A stretch of DNA of 63,117 bases, filler included, from Choristocarpus tenellus KU-1152 (lineage: Eukaryota; Protista; Phaeophyceae), in assembly GCA_964200185.2 (NCBI GenBank). It is 11 parts of 11 records of this genome, joined end to end, with 100 filler letters (N's around TTAATTAATTAA, not from the genome) between each part and the next. Parts side by side here need not be neighbours in the genome. Positions count along the whole stretch, not along the records: positions 47,752 to 51,184 come from CAXNAD020020063.1; positions 51,285 to 54,184 come from CAXNAD020023796.1; positions 54,285 to 63,117 come from CAXNAD020004278.1; 8 more parts are not named here. The stretch is one strand, 5' to 3'. Below are positions 49,390 through 61,699 of the stretch, one piece after another (within the stretch, counting starts at the first letter, position 1; each line of letters begins with the position of its first letter). The position numbers and the translations under genes are program-made. Below the pieces are notes generated by a model that saw only the letters and a program-made list of their open reading frames with translations, was not told where the DNA came from and did no database searches.

Positions 49390-50915
49390 CCAATCAGAGC
49401 AATAAAGTGAACAATTGGAGTGAGATGACCAGTATGTTGATGACATTTCCATCATGGAGTCTTCTACGAGCCTCATCATTCTTCGACAGGCTTGTGGATT
49501 GAAACTATATATCCCATCGTGGTAATCTTCTGGATTGTTTTGTATCACTACTCAGGATACTGCTAATATTGACATATATGGTCAGTACCAAGTTACGCTG
49601 AGTCACTGTAGGATGTACCTGCCCTTGCAACCACCCCTGTGCCCTTAAACTCTTTATTAATCCAATTCAATTAGTTACGACCTCCATATTTCTCTTCCTG
49701 GTTTGTCTGGAAGGGATCTTCAGTACATAGTGGCAATAAAAATAATACTCGGTTGAAAGCAAAACAGGAAAGGTGGCGATAGCAGTATATAGAAGTGCAT
49801 ATATACTTTGTATCCCACTCCTTCAGTGTAGATACCACGTTCGAGCAAGGCAAAAACGTGCCCGGGGAACACGGCAAAATGATTGTTTACTTCAAAGTCC
49901 TGTGATAGATCGGGGAAGGGGGGATGTACCACACCAAAATTGCTTGGAGGAAGTCATTGTATCCACATTATCCTTGTGTCCTTCAGCCAGCGACCATATT
50001 CTGTCTAGCAGTAAAAAGGGGCAATGGGTGGCACCACACTGTTGCTAATGTGTTGTGACCCTTTGGACATACTTCGCAGCATTTGATAGCCTGGTGATAG
50101 CCCCCTCTTCGATCAAGTGTCTTGGTTCTTAACCAGCAACAGCTAACTTACATCTCCCAAATTAGATGATGGATCAAGTGTAATTTTTGACCTTACATCC
50201 TGGTGCTTTGAAGGTAATTGCGCAAAAGACATAAAGTACTACTAGTATCATCAACATTACATGCAGATTGTGGTTATAGGCAGCCATGAACAATGGAGCA
50301 ACTTTGACCTAAACGGATGCAAGTAGCTTGAATGACCAAGGTTGCATCTGGTTCGAGTCATTCTGTGCGCGCAGCATACCTTACGTAACATGCTTTATAT
50401 ATGCCCAGGATGGAGAAGTAATAAACAGAAATATATATATTTTTGTTGTGCTTGAACAACACATGGTACTCAAATCATTACCACTAACTTGGTGTGAAGA
50501 TGCAAATAAATGAAAAAAACTATCACGACAACTTTGATGTGTCTTCTGTACATGATATCCTACTAGTTCGGTCCTATGTACCTTGCTTGCTGGTGTTGTT
50601 GTTGTACGTACCTTGTCGAGGGCAGTCTCAGTGCCATCAACCCTCAACTCTGATATACCCTACTCACTCTGCACAAATACATGCATAATGTAGCTGAAAT
50701 AATTACTTCCGATGAGCTGAATAAAGGTGTCTGGAGGGAGGTGTGTTCGCCTGTGTTACAACATACTCCCGCAGTCTACCATGATGGGATATGTAGCTCC
50801 AATTCACAAGCATGTAAGCTGATGATGAGGCTCGCAGATGGTACCATGACGGACATGTCATCAAATATGCCAGATCTCTCACTTTGATTTCACTTTATGA
50901 TTTGATTAAGATATA
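49390..50915. repeat. Diverged ~160-bp inverted repeat pair (~49390-49550 and ~50755-50915)
   Basis: ORF translations from opposite strands align: YHDGIYSFNPQACRRMMRLVEDSMMEMSS vs YHDGICSSNSQACKLMMRLADGTMTDMSS. Confidence 0.75.
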
Positions 50916-51109
50916 GAAAGAGCTGAGACACGGGCAGTGACTGGTCCCAATGAACAGACAATAAATAATCAAAAAGCACAACATATAAATCCCACGGCTT
51001 CAAGCTCATGATGATGGTGTTTATTGAACGCCACTAAGATCCATCACTTGCAACACCTTTATGTCTGTGATATACATACATACTTGATGTACATAGCATG
51101 ATACAGAAA

Positions 51110-51184
51110 TTTTGATCCTCGTAGTTATAACCTCAACACCTTTGCGGTGGAACGTTTTGGGTGCCTCGGCAAGCAAGCGGAAAG
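51110..51184 (+). mobile_element. Short CRE-like retrotransposon fragment
   Basis: tttgatcctcgtagttataacctcaacacctttgcggtggaacgttttgggtgcctcggcaagcaagc matches 59632-59700 and 53174-53240. Confidence 0.8.
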
Positions 51185-51429
51185 NNNNNNNNNNNNNNNN
51201 NNNNNNNNNNNNNNNNNNNNNNNNNNNNTTAATTAATTAANNNNNNNNNNNNNNNNNNNNNNNNNNNNNNNNNNNNNNNNNNNNCTGGCAAGGGTTTCCG
51301 CGGATGGTTTTAACTCTGATTATATAACATCCATGTGTGTGTTTGATATACAGTTTGCAGAGTGGCGTTGATGCAATTTGCGGATCAATGGCAGTCACGA
51401 AAGAAATAATAAACCATAAATGTATGTGT

Positions 51430-51670
51430 AATATAGGCTAAGTAGTCTATATGGTTTATATCTGTTTAGTGACCGGTACTATACAACAGAAGTTATGATT
51501 GATTGAAGTAAGTGTCAATAACTTGGCTCATGTGCTTAGAATAGCAAGTTGGAGTCTCGATGGACTGATTTCTTGTGCTGTTTAACATAAGTGGGTGACG
51601 TAGTGCGACTGACACAGACATGTTCATGACGTATTTGCTGACGTGCGCTATAGATAATAATATAAGGGAG
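51430..51670 (+). repeat. Second copy of the 7320-7535 dispersed repeat
   Basis: Colinear match to 7320-7535. Confidence 0.75.
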
Positions 51671-52119
51671 AATACCCCACCACCGAGGGCTGTGCTCACT
51701 CCGCTAATTTATACATCCCTACAGCATAATGCAAAGACTCTATTGGAATAGCTCTCTTTTGCATAGGTTATGAGCCTCACACAATTCCCCTTCGCAGGGG
51801 AATAGGTTATGAACCTCATTGGTATGTATGCGGACTCCCATATGCCGCCACTATGGAGTGGAGCGCGGGGGCATACAAGGGAGAAGTAGGCAGAATAGCG
51901 GATGGCGCTGGTGAGCTATGCGAGTGGCAAGAGACTGTACTGTCACAGGCGATATGTCTTGATGGCGGTTTCATAAACACCAATATGACCTTGAAGTCCT
52001 AGATTTGATATATTTGTGTACTCCTTGACTATATATTTATTATTTGGTCATTATGGTCCTCGATTGTGATAAGACATCGCAGACCAGTGCCTTTTTATAC
52101 GATGTATTGATGATAATCC

Positions 52120-53530
52120 AAGTAATAGATCCAGCATAGTTGATGACTTGTGCATCAGGAGTCCTATATGTGCATCGGTATCATCTATAGGCCTGTAGAT
52201 GGGAGCTATACATCCTGTGGAGGTAAGCTTTTGGGGCGCGCTGTAACACAAGTACAGGCACAGATGCCTACAAGTGCAGGGGGTCTGGGCCTCTCCTCTA
52301 TGAAACACCGCCAACATGCGACTTTCATAGGATCACTGGTAGCTACTCTCCCCACCCTCCTCGCAAAGGCAGCAAGGGCCTCATGGTGAGTCCTTCTCGC
52401 AAGCTATCTGCACGAGCCCCACCATTCAGGCCTTAGGAACATCCATTCACTCCCTCCTAGTCACAGGTGTCCCCTCAGAAACACTTGCCGAAATCATTGG
52501 CCAAGACTGGGTAACCTGGGGAGGAACAACATCCCCTGCACCTGACACGAGATCACACACCTTCTGAACAAGATTCGTTTTGAATCCTTCAGGACACAAC
52601 TGGCCGGCCTTCCAAATGAGGCACACCAAGGGAGGGAAAGCTCCTCATTGGCCCTAGCGTGCCACCAGAGCCAGTGTGGACAAGGGGCAAATGCGTGGGC
52701 CTCGACTCAACCTCTGGAACGAGCATGCCAGATCCCCCCTCTGGAATTCAAGCTCACAGTCAGCAGATCCCTAGCAAGAGAGGAGGCCCTATCCAACAGG
52801 TGCTCAATGGCAGGGTGCAGGAGGCAAAATGTCGATATCAGACATGCCTGTACCTGCCCCAGGGCAGGGGGACAGGTACGACAGCACACTCCAATGATGG
52901 AATGCCTGCACCAACTATGCAAGGGGATGGGTATCCCTTGCACAACGGAGGACGGTAGCCCTTTTACAGTGGACAGGAATCTCTGCATGGATCTGGTGTA
53001 CCACGCAGGGGCACTAGCGGACACCGGAACAGCTCCCTAGAGGGACAAAGGTCTTCTGTTAGACACCACCTTCGCAGAGGTACAGGCAACCTTCCACCTA
53101 ACCCACTCATCCACCAGCAATGGGGTTGCTGCTGCTGCAGCCGAGGCGCGAAAACGTACCCACTGAGGACTCCTTTAATCCTTGTAGTCAGAACATCAAC
53201 ACCTTTGCGGTGGAAAGTTTTGGGCGCCTCGGCAAGGAAGCAGAATGCTCCCTGGATGAGCTGGCTACTCACATGGTGGGGGGGAGATGAACTGGAGGAT
53301 TTTGTAGAAAATGAGTCGTCAAATCGCAGCATTGCCAAATTGTCTCGGTGACTATGGAAGTGGCACTATCTAGACATGTCATGGGTTTTAAGCTAGAGTC
53401 ACCAGGGGGATAGGCACGGAGGGGTTTATTGGATTCTTGGGAGACCTCCCTAGCTCCTCCCCCCGGGGCGCAGGAGTAGGTACATTGGAAGCACAGGAAG
53501 GCAGTAAATAGTACAACATTGGGAGCGGTC
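52120..53530 (+). mobile_element. Degenerate 5'-truncated CRE-clade non-LTR retrotransposon (post-RT region, zinc finger, restriction-like endonuclease)
   Basis: QAQMPTSAGGLGLSS; GANAW; CSMAGC...DIRHACTC..GG.VRQH; MDLV; LLLDTTFA; AAAAAEARKRTH; FAVESFGRLGKEA; stops and frameshifts. Confidence 0.82.
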
Positions 53531-53629
53531 AAGTAACAAATTAGTGGTTTTCACATTTACGATATTTTATTTCTTTAGGGCTTACACTCATGTATAGTTT
53601 TCATTTGTTTCCCCCCTGACACATCTACA

Positions 53630-54184
53630 GAGTGAGAGTTGGCACAGGACAAGAGTGGGTGGGCGAAAGAAAAAGAAGGAAGCAGGAAGAGAATGAATAG
53701 TTAAGGAAGGGACGAGATGGTTAATGGAAATGAGTGGTAGATAAAGGAAAGGACAGCAGCCAGTCAGTGAAAAAAGGGAAAGAAAACCAGGGGCACAAGA
53801 CGAGGAGGGGAGAGCAAGGCAACCTCCGAGCAAGCTTCTCCCACCCACCCACCCTGTCGCTGGCTCACGAACGACGGAAACGCTGGGAAAAGGGTGGGGG
53901 AGGGGAGGTCAAGTTACGGGGGGTTGATGTCCTCTATCTCAAAGGCTGGATCATGAACGGTCTTCTTGGATGATTGTGGAGTGGTGTTGATTGGTGTGAG
54001 AACTGCTGTGGGGTTGAGGGGAGTGGCAACCTGTATGGGTTGAAAGGATGGCTGGCAAGCAGTGACGAAGGGCATTCGCACTGTTTGGTCATCGAATATG
54101 GGGGATGGCTGGCAATCAGTGACGAAGGGCATTTGCACTGGTTGGTCATCAAATGTGGGGATGGCTGGCAATCATTGACGAAGG
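53630..54184 (-). repeat. Second copy of the dispersed element with 57-bp tandem repeats (truncated by gap)
   Basis: Matches 30225-30870; unit ggctggcaatcagtgacgaagggcatttgcactggttggtcatcaaatgtggggat. Confidence 0.8.
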
Positions 54185-55949
54185 NNNNNNNNNNNNNNNN
54201 NNNNNNNNNNNNNNNNNNNNNNNNNNNNTTAATTAATTAANNNNNNNNNNNNNNNNNNNNNNNNNNNNNNNNNNNNNNNNNNNNTACCTCCATCCGTTCT
54301 CCGCCCCCCCTCTCTCCCTCCCGCTCCCTTTCTCTCTCCTCCCCCCCCCCCCTCCCCCCCTCTCTCTTGAGCATACTACTTAGTTTGAGAGTGTAAAGAG
54401 AGGTGCAATGTGCATGACCTTGTGTTTCCAGAGGTTTGACACAAGACTACTTAGATTTCAAGGGAGTAAACATGATGAATTGTTTTTACACAGCAATTCA
54501 ATGTTAGGTTACAATGTAGTGTTTCCAGAAGGTGTGTGTGGCAGTACAGATCCTACTCGCCAATTCATTCTTTTGTGGAGGAGTACCACTTCAATCATAC
54601 AAATTCTTGCTTACTGTTACCATTACAGAGATTGTGTACTAGAGAATTTTCCGGCGCCTCTCTTGGAGTCCAGACAAAGATCAATGTGAGAGATGCTTAT
54701 GTTTCATGCCACCATTCTTGACTTCGTCTTGGTTTGAAAGTTGAGAACACAGGCAGCTGTTTGTACTCCTTTATGAGCTTGCTACACACAGGGCAGTAGC
54801 CTTTCTGCTAAAATACATAGGTTGGAGTGATTGTCTAAATACAAGAAGAATAAACTTTGTACCCATCTGCTTGTCACAAACCCAGACCTACTGCAAGCCG
54901 TCATGCACTCAGATGACCACACTTGCCCCAAATGACATTTGGGTAGAAGTCGTCGGCACTGAGGTCTGGGGTATTTTCACCTTGAAATCCAACTATCCAG
55001 GGCCAGTTTCTGACACCAGACTACCCCAGAAAGGGGCTAAGCATTTGATTGTTCTTTGCTCAGTGGGTTCAAGGTGGAGATTAGAATGGTGAAGGTGTTC
55101 AGAAGACACCATTATGTCCACACACATCATGGAAGATGCAGCATACAGAGAGCCAGGAGCAATAATGAAGAGAGGTCTAGAACACCGTGTTGTAGGAGCA
55201 CACAGACTCTTTTGTGACTGAAGTCCCAACCAGATCAACACCATTGATCGATTTACGGCTTTCTTGGGTAGAAGTACTTGTTTCCAGTCATTCATGGGGA
55301 TATAGCCACAGGTAGGAGAGTTTGCGATACAGCACCGGAGCAATAATGAGAAGGGTATGTTTGCTCTAGATGGGCATCTATCTCAGATGCCAATTCAAGT
55401 GCATTACCTCATACAAAAACAGTGCTTGCTGCAAGGTGTAAAATTTTAAATCGTCCAAAAAAAAACTAGTTAAAAGCGCACACTCAAGGAACGTCCCCAG
55501 GGAGGGCTTAAATAGCTCTACTGATATGGACAAAAACACATCGGGAGGTAGGTGGAACAGTTGCCAACATCAAGGACACACATTTCATACCTATCCCAGT
55601 CATTTTGTGTACTGACCTTCATTGTTCTATTTCGGGGGAGACAATAACCGGCAAGGTGCTGCTACTGTTGCACGCACATCTGTGGACATGGGAGAAATAT
55701 TTAACCCTTCAAGTGTACTCTATCAGCAACACACACTCTGGAAAACTTGAAGTGAACCATCAAGCACAAGCAACACATTACCAAAATCACCTCAGGGCCG
55801 CCTCCTTGTGAAAAATGTACACAGAAATCTTCATCCCCACACACACCCCCAAAAAGGTCAACAGACACACAAACACACAGACGGTAGATAATCATTGCCA
55901 CATACTACATATCACAGGTTGGGTTCATCAGAGTCCTGCAAGAGGTCAT

Positions 55950-58900
55950 CTACTGCTGTTCCTTCACAAAAAAAACTCTTTCCCGCATCTCATGCCCCAA
56001 CCGCTCTGCAGCTCCTGTCTGCCCTGCTAGTCTGCAGGCTGCGATGGCCGACTTGTAAGTGCTGGCATTGAGGGGAACCCCCTTGTCATCCATCTCATCC
56101 AAAAACAGAAGGGCACGTTCCCACTTCCCACCAATCCCACATGCCTTGATCGCCACATTGTAGGTGTAAGTGTAAGGAGTAACTCTCCTGGTCTGCATCT
56201 CATCCAGCAGCAACAAAGTACGCTCCCACTGCCCACTGATTGCGCACGCCTTCATGGCAGTGGTATAGGAATATGCGTCAAGGGAAACACCGTTATCCCG
56301 TATCTCATCCACAAGTGATAGAACATGTCTCCACTTCCCTGCGTTCCCACAGGCCTTCATAGCCGCGTTGCAAGCAGAGGCTTGTGGGGAGATCCCCTTG
56401 GCCTTCATCTCATCCAGCAGTGAAAGAACACGTTCCCACTGCCCAGCACCTGCACAAGCCCTCACAACAGTGTTGTAAGCATAGGCATTAGGGGGAAAAC
56501 CCTTTGTCTGCATCTCCTCCAGCAGGAACACAGCACGTTCCCACTGCTCACCGTCCCGATGGGCCTTTAAGACCGCATTGTAAGTGCTACCACTCAGGGA
56601 GATCCCCTTGGCTGCCATCTCATCCAGCAGTGGTTGGACACGTTCCAACTCCCCCCCATCTCCGCAGGCCTTCATGACTTCGTTGTAGGTGTAGGAATCC
56701 GGGGGCACGTCCTTGGCCTGCATCTCATCCAGTAGCTGAATAGCATGTTTCCATTGTCCACACGTCCTGCAGGCCTTCATGGCTGTGTTGTAGTTAGAAG
56801 CATCTAAGGCAAACCCCCTTGCCTGCATCTCTTCCAGCAGTGCCAGACCACGCTCCCACTGCCCCCCATCTCCGCAAGCAATAATAACCTCATTATAGGT
56901 GTGGACATAAGGAGGGACCCCCTTGGCCTGCATCTCTTCCAGCAGCATCAAGGCACGCTCCCACTGTCCTCCAACTCCACAAGCCTTGATGGCTGTGGTG
57001 TAAGTGTAGGCATCAGGGGAGATCCCCTCTTTAAGCATGTCATCCAGCAACGAAAGAGCACGGTCCCACTGCCCAGCAGCCCTACAGGCCTTGATGGCTA
57101 CGTTGTAGTTGGAGGTATTGGGAGAAACCCCATTTCCCTGCATCTCATCCAACAACAAAACAGCACGCTCCCACTTCCCACCATCCCCACAGGCCTTGAT
57201 GACCTCATTGTAGGAGTAGTCATCAGGGGACACTCCCTTGGTTCCCATCTCGTTCAGCAATGACAAGGCATGCTCCCATTGCTCCCCATCCCCACAAGCC
57301 TTGATGGCCACATTGTAAGTGATGGCATCTAGGGACATCCCCTTGGAATCCATCTCATCCAATAACAACAACACTCGTTCCCACTGTCCACCACCCCCGC
57401 AGGCTTTCATAGCTGTGTTGTAGTTTGAGGTATTCGGAGAAACTCCCTTGGCCTGCATCTCCTCCAGCAGCGACACAGCACGCTCCCACTCCCCCTCATT
57501 TCCAAAGGCCTTGATGACCTCATTGTAGGTGTAGGCATCAGGGGAGACCCCCTGGGCTTCCATTGCTTTCAGTAGCAACAGAGTGTGTTCCTTCTGCCTC
57601 GCATCTGCACAGGCTTTAATGGCTATGTTGTAGGTGTAGATATCTGGGCAGAGTCCCTTGGCTTGAATCTCATCTAGCAGTGATAGGGCATGCTCCCACT
57701 GCCCCCCATCCCCACAGGCCTTCATGAGTGCATTGTAAGAGTAGGCATCCGGGGCAACCCCCTTGGCCTGCATCTCACCCAGTAAAGATAAGGCACGTTC
57801 CCATTGACCCCTGTCTCCACAGGCCTTAATAACCATGGTGTATGCATAGGCTGTAGGGATAAACCTCTTAGCCTGCATCTCATCCAGCAACAATAGGGCA
57901 TGTTCCCACTGTCCGCCATCTACACAGGCCTTGATTGCCACATTGTAGGTGTAGTTATCAAGCGAAACCCCCTTGGTCTGCCTCTCCTTCAGCAACAACA
58001 AGGCACGTTCCCACTGATCCCCATCGACACAGGCCTTCATTATTGTATTGTAGTTAGAGGCGTTAGGAGACAGCCCCTTAGTCTGCATCTCGTGAAACAG
58101 CGAAAGGGCGCGTTCCCATTGCCCTCCATCCCCACAGGCCTTGATGGACTCATTGTAGGCATAGGCATCAAGGGAAACCCCTTTTGCCTGCATCTCATCG
58201 AGCAGCGATAGAGCACGTTCCCATTGCCCTCCATCCCCACAAGCTTTGATGGCCACGTTGAAGGTGTACGCATCAGGGCAAACCCCCTTGGTCTGCATCT
58301 CGTCAAGCAACAACAGGGCACGCTCCCACTTCCCATCATCTCCGCAGGCCTTGATAACTGCGGAATAGGTGTAGGCATCCGGGGAAACCCCCTTGGTCTG
58401 CATATCTTCCAACAGGAACAAAGCACGTTTCCATTGCCTCGCATCCCTGCAAGCGATGATGGCTGTGTTGTAGTTGACCGTATTTGGGGCAACCCCTTGG
58501 ACCTGCATCTCATCCAAAATCGAGATAGCACATTCCCATTGCCCTCCATGCCTGTAGGCCATTATAAATCTATTGTAGGCGATGGGATTAGAAGCAATGG
58601 GATCAATGCCCTTGGCCCGCATCTCATCAAGTAGCGAAAGAGCAAGGTCCAACTTATTGGAGATCACCATCGTGGAAACGCAGCTGGAGTACATGAAGGC
58701 GTCAATATGCATGCCGCTGGCTTTGGCTGCATCCAATTTATCTAGCGCTCCCTTCCATTTCTTGGTCTCCCCCTTCGACTGCAGCTTTCGTCGCAGGTAT
58801 CGATTGCGCAACGCTCCAGTCCCAAGTCGTCGCACCACTTCTTTCTTACCCTGCTCCACACTGCCACTAGAGTCAAAGCATGTGACCCTGGGCTTACAAC

Positions 58901-59012
58901 ACCGTTGGAATAACGGCCATAGTCTATACTCGTGAGCATCTGTAAGCCGCTGCGGGGAGGTGAAGCTGCCTAGTTCTACATATTTGTGAACATGACCACC
59001 CTTGAAGATCAT
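55950..59012 (-). CDS. P-class pentatricopeptide repeat protein, ~26 tandem 35-aa motifs in one exon
   Basis: Consensus AYTYNEVIKACGDGGQWERALSLLDEMQAKGVSPD. Probable start ATG 59012 (MIFKGG) or an acceptor at ~59043; the ORF extension to 59261 runs through a (TAG)n microsatellite and is probably non-coding. Confidence 0.95.
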   Translation of the reverse strand: MIFKGGHVHKYVELGSFTSPQRLTDAHEYRLWPLFQRCCKPRVTCFDSSGSVEQGKKEVVRRLGTGALRNRYLRRKLQSKGETKKWKGALDKLDAAKASGMHIDAFMYSSCVSTMVISNKLDLALSLLDEMRAKGIDPIASNPIAYNRFIMAYRHGGQWECAISILDEMQVQGVAPNTVNYNTAIIACRDARQWKRALFLLEDMQTKGVSPDAYTYSAVIKACGDDGKWERALLLLDEMQTKGVCPDAYTFNVAIKACGDGGQWERALSLLDEMQAKGVSLDAYAYNESIKACGDGGQWERALSLFHEMQTKGLSPNASNYNTIMKACVDGDQWERALLLLKERQTKGVSLDNYTYNVAIKACVDGGQWEHALLLLDEMQAKRFIPTAYAYTMVIKACGDRGQWERALSLLGEMQAKGVAPDAYSYNALMKACGDGGQWEHALSLLDEIQAKGLCPDIYTYNIAIKACADARQKEHTLLLLKAMEAQGVSPDAYTYNEVIKAFGNEGEWERAVSLLEEMQAKGVSPNTSNYNTAMKACGGGGQWERVLLLLDEMDSKGMSLDAITYNVAIKACGDGEQWEHALSLLNEMGTKGVSPDDYSYNEVIKACGDGGKWERAVLLLDEMQGNGVSPNTSNYNVAIKACRAAGQWDRALSLLDDMLKEGISPDAYTYTTAIKACGVGGQWERALMLLEEMQAKGVPPYVHTYNEVIIACGDGGQWERGLALLEEMQARGFALDASNYNTAMKACRTCGQWKHAIQLLDEMQAKDVPPDSYTYNEVMKACGDGGELERVQPLLDEMAAKGISLSGSTYNAVLKAHRDGEQWERAVFLLEEMQTKGFPPNAYAYNTVVRACAGAGQWERVLSLLDEMKAKGISPQASACNAAMKACGNAGKWRHVLSLVDEIRDNGVSLDAYSYTTAMKACAISGQWERTLLLLDEMQTRRVTPYTYTYNVAIKACGIGGKWERALLFLDEMDDKGVPLNASTYKSAIAACRLAGQTGAAERLGHEMRERVFFVKEQQ

Positions 59013-59149
59013 GTTGACAAGTGCAATGGATAGTAACCACCTCTGGAAAAGACAATAGATTACTGCAGTACTATCAACTTCAAATATTCCTTCTTTTTTT
59101 TCACTCCCCACACATATTTTATTTATACTATTAGTACTATTAGTACTAT

Positions 59150-59189
<40 letters not shown>

Positions 59190-59454
59190 TGAAATGAACA
59201 CTCCATCTACTCTTGTGTACGAGTGATTGTACTCCCTCCGTTCCTGCCTTCCTGCTCTCACGTTGGGTTCAACACTACCATAACTCGTCGCTCCATCTCC
59301 TGCCTCAAATATTTTGCATGTCAGCTGGACCCTACCAACTTTTCGCTAGATCTTGGTCCACCGTTTTTGTGGTACAGTGCAATCAGAATGGTACAGGTGT
59401 ATAATCCATTATGCTGGTCACATAAAATACCATAATCGAAGCCAGATTATAGTG

Positions 59455-59545
59455 AAAAGAAGTCTTGCTCCGAAGGGGTTCGAACCTACTGCGTAAATCA
59501 TGAACGTAGGTGGCCGCCACAGTAGCCACTCGGCTCTGTGGACAC
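59455..59545 (-). ncRNA. tRNA-derived Pol III-like element (SINE head or tRNA pseudogene)
   Basis: Minus strand GTCCACAGAGCCGAGTGGCTA...GTAGGTTCGAACCCCTTCGGAGCAAGACTTCTTTT: A-box, B-box and T-run; no clean cloverleaf or anticodon stem. Confidence 0.55.
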
Positions 59546-59546
59546 A

Positions 59547-59985
59547 CAACACACCTTCCACACTCATCCACCGGCAACGGTGTAGCTGCTCCTAAAGCTG
59601 AGGTGCAAAAGCGCACCCACTACGAGGGCTCTTTGATCCTCGTAGTTACAACCTCATCACCTTCGCGGTGGAAAGTTTTGGGCGCCTCGGCAAGCAAGCA
59701 AAAAAAAATCTGGATGAGTTGGGTACACACGCAGTAGGGTGGAGAGGGGCAGGAGGCTATGGCAGGAAAGGGGCGGTCAAATCCCGCCTCCTAGGACAAA
59801 TAGTCTCTGCAACAACGCAGGCGGTCCTGTCTAGACGTGCCATACGTATAAAGCTGGAGTCACCAGGGAAATGGGCAAGGAGGGGCTTGTTAGATTCTTT
59901 GGATGCTTCCCTGCTTCCTGGGATGGCTGCAGGAGGAATGGGTAGGTTAGAGACATAGAAAGGCAGTGGTACAACATAGGTGGTA
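59547..59985 (+). mobile_element. 5'-truncated CRE-clade retrotransposon copy (endonuclease C-terminus and 3' end)
   Basis: HSSTGNGVAAPKAEVQKRTHY..FAVESFGRLGKQAKKNLDELGTHAVG...LESPGKWARRGLLDSL; colinear with 53090-53525. Confidence 0.82.
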
Positions 59986-61699
59986 TTGAAATAGGAAATA
60001 GATCGATGTTTTCCACATTTGTGATAACTGACAACTGTTACTTCTTCAAGGATTTTTCTGACATGTGAATAGTGTTTGTTAGTTTTTCCCTGACACATTC
60101 CAAAATGTTAGAGGGCATAACAATAGAGAAATAGTGTAACTTCGTCGTAACTCCTGTCAGCAGTAAGAGGAATATAAAATATAATTCAGAACTATAGGGA
60201 AGATCCATGAATTCATTGAAAATGTAAAATAGACTACAACCATGACAATGTGTTTACTCCCGAAAATGGTATCCCATATGACGAATCACGGTATGGGGGG
60301 GGTCACCATTCGGTTCCTCATGAAGAATAGGCCTATTGAATATGCATGTATGCCAATGCCAGCAATCCATCAGCCACAACCCTAGTGCAGATAAGAATAG
60401 AGTGGGTTCCAAATGATTAATCGATACTATCCGATCTAGGCGAACATGACTTGGTACGACATATTGGCACCTATGTCTACAAAAATACGACTTCATCCTT
60501 ACACAACTTAGGTAACTAGTTTTTTAGGAAGTATATGAACCTGTCACTGTCGTTCCCGTTAACGCCTCTACAAACATGCTCTAAATATTTTTGCGAATTG
60601 ACAATCTGTCACACTCGCTACCTGGATAGAGTTTTTTGGTAGGTACTGTACCTAGAAAACGAGCTTCCGAGACTGACTGCTACGCTTACTCGCAAATTTC
60701 ATGTTCTGAGTGGTGCTAATAATTTAAGTGTATGAACTTATCCTCACGCGCTTATCACTTTTCTATTCAAACTTTATCAACCTGAAATGGGCAGAGAGAG
60801 AAAGTTAGAGAGGGCCTAAACCCTAGCCCAGCGCAGCCTTCCTCAAGGCTTCTCTCTCACTTCTGTTTAAACCTCGTCTCTGATGGTTCTCATCAACCCC
60901 AATCAGAGAGAACTCGGCCTCTTCCACAGGTAGACAACAGTCCTATTTGGATATGATAAATTCTTCGTTTATTTGTCGGGAAGCTTTCTTCTGCGTTCCT
61001 AGGAACATATGTATCCTAGGGGGGCTGATTCTGGACATTTTGATCTGAAGGGGGCTCATAAAATGTTTTTTCCTGGGACACAAAGCTTCCATCACTCAAA
61101 TGCAGGTAACCCTTGCCATCAGGAATCTGTGGGTGGAGGTAGAATGTACTTCCAGGACAAGGAAGTTGCCTTATTTCCCCAAATACAGGACCCCACATAT
61201 GACATCAAATTCAGAATGATCAACCACACACCCCTGAAGGACAACAGTACAAAAAAAAAACTAGGTCGAAGTACACAACGCCTTGCGAGACAACTCACAC
61301 ACCATCAACACCAAAACATACATGGTTCAACCCAGTGATGGATCTCAAGTTTATTTTGGAGTGATCATATTTTTGATACGATATTGACAATATATATATT
61401 GATACGATCTGCTAAACTAATATAATTGCACCAAATAGGGAAATTTTCTTCCCTTCTTCAAACTTTGATTTTTTTTTAGTTTCAGGGGAACTGCGGTATC
61501 TAAGAACGTGTGGGTGGAATGAACGGGTAGCTTCGATGTCTCTTTTGTGTAGGTTTAACTGACGAAAATTCCCAAATAGGATGCAAAACTCAGCCACTCA
61601 TACATCAGTTGAAAGTACATGTTGTCACAATGGCTATTGACTGGGTGGTGTTCACAAAGACAATGCATGCTTGAGAAGGTTAGAAAAATAGCCATCACC

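Noticed and set aside
49430-49445. YVDD reading as a reverse transcriptase motif
   Set aside because: No flanking RT motifs, and the inverted copy reads IFDDM
56027-58939. Antisense and alternate-frame ORFs over the PPR gene
   Set aside because: Shadows of the 105-bp coding repeat
59230-59244. TA-CTCCCTCCGTTCC, a Stowaway-like TIR
   Set aside because: No partner TIR found nearby; cannot define an element
59013-59261. N-terminal extension of the 1103-aa PPR ORF, including poly-Thr
   Set aside because: Non-ATG start, runs through a (TAG)n microsatellite and a ttttccag acceptor; probably intron or UTR
59455-59545. Functional tRNA gene
   Set aside because: A and B boxes present but no convincing acceptor or anticodon stem; kept only as a tRNA-derived element
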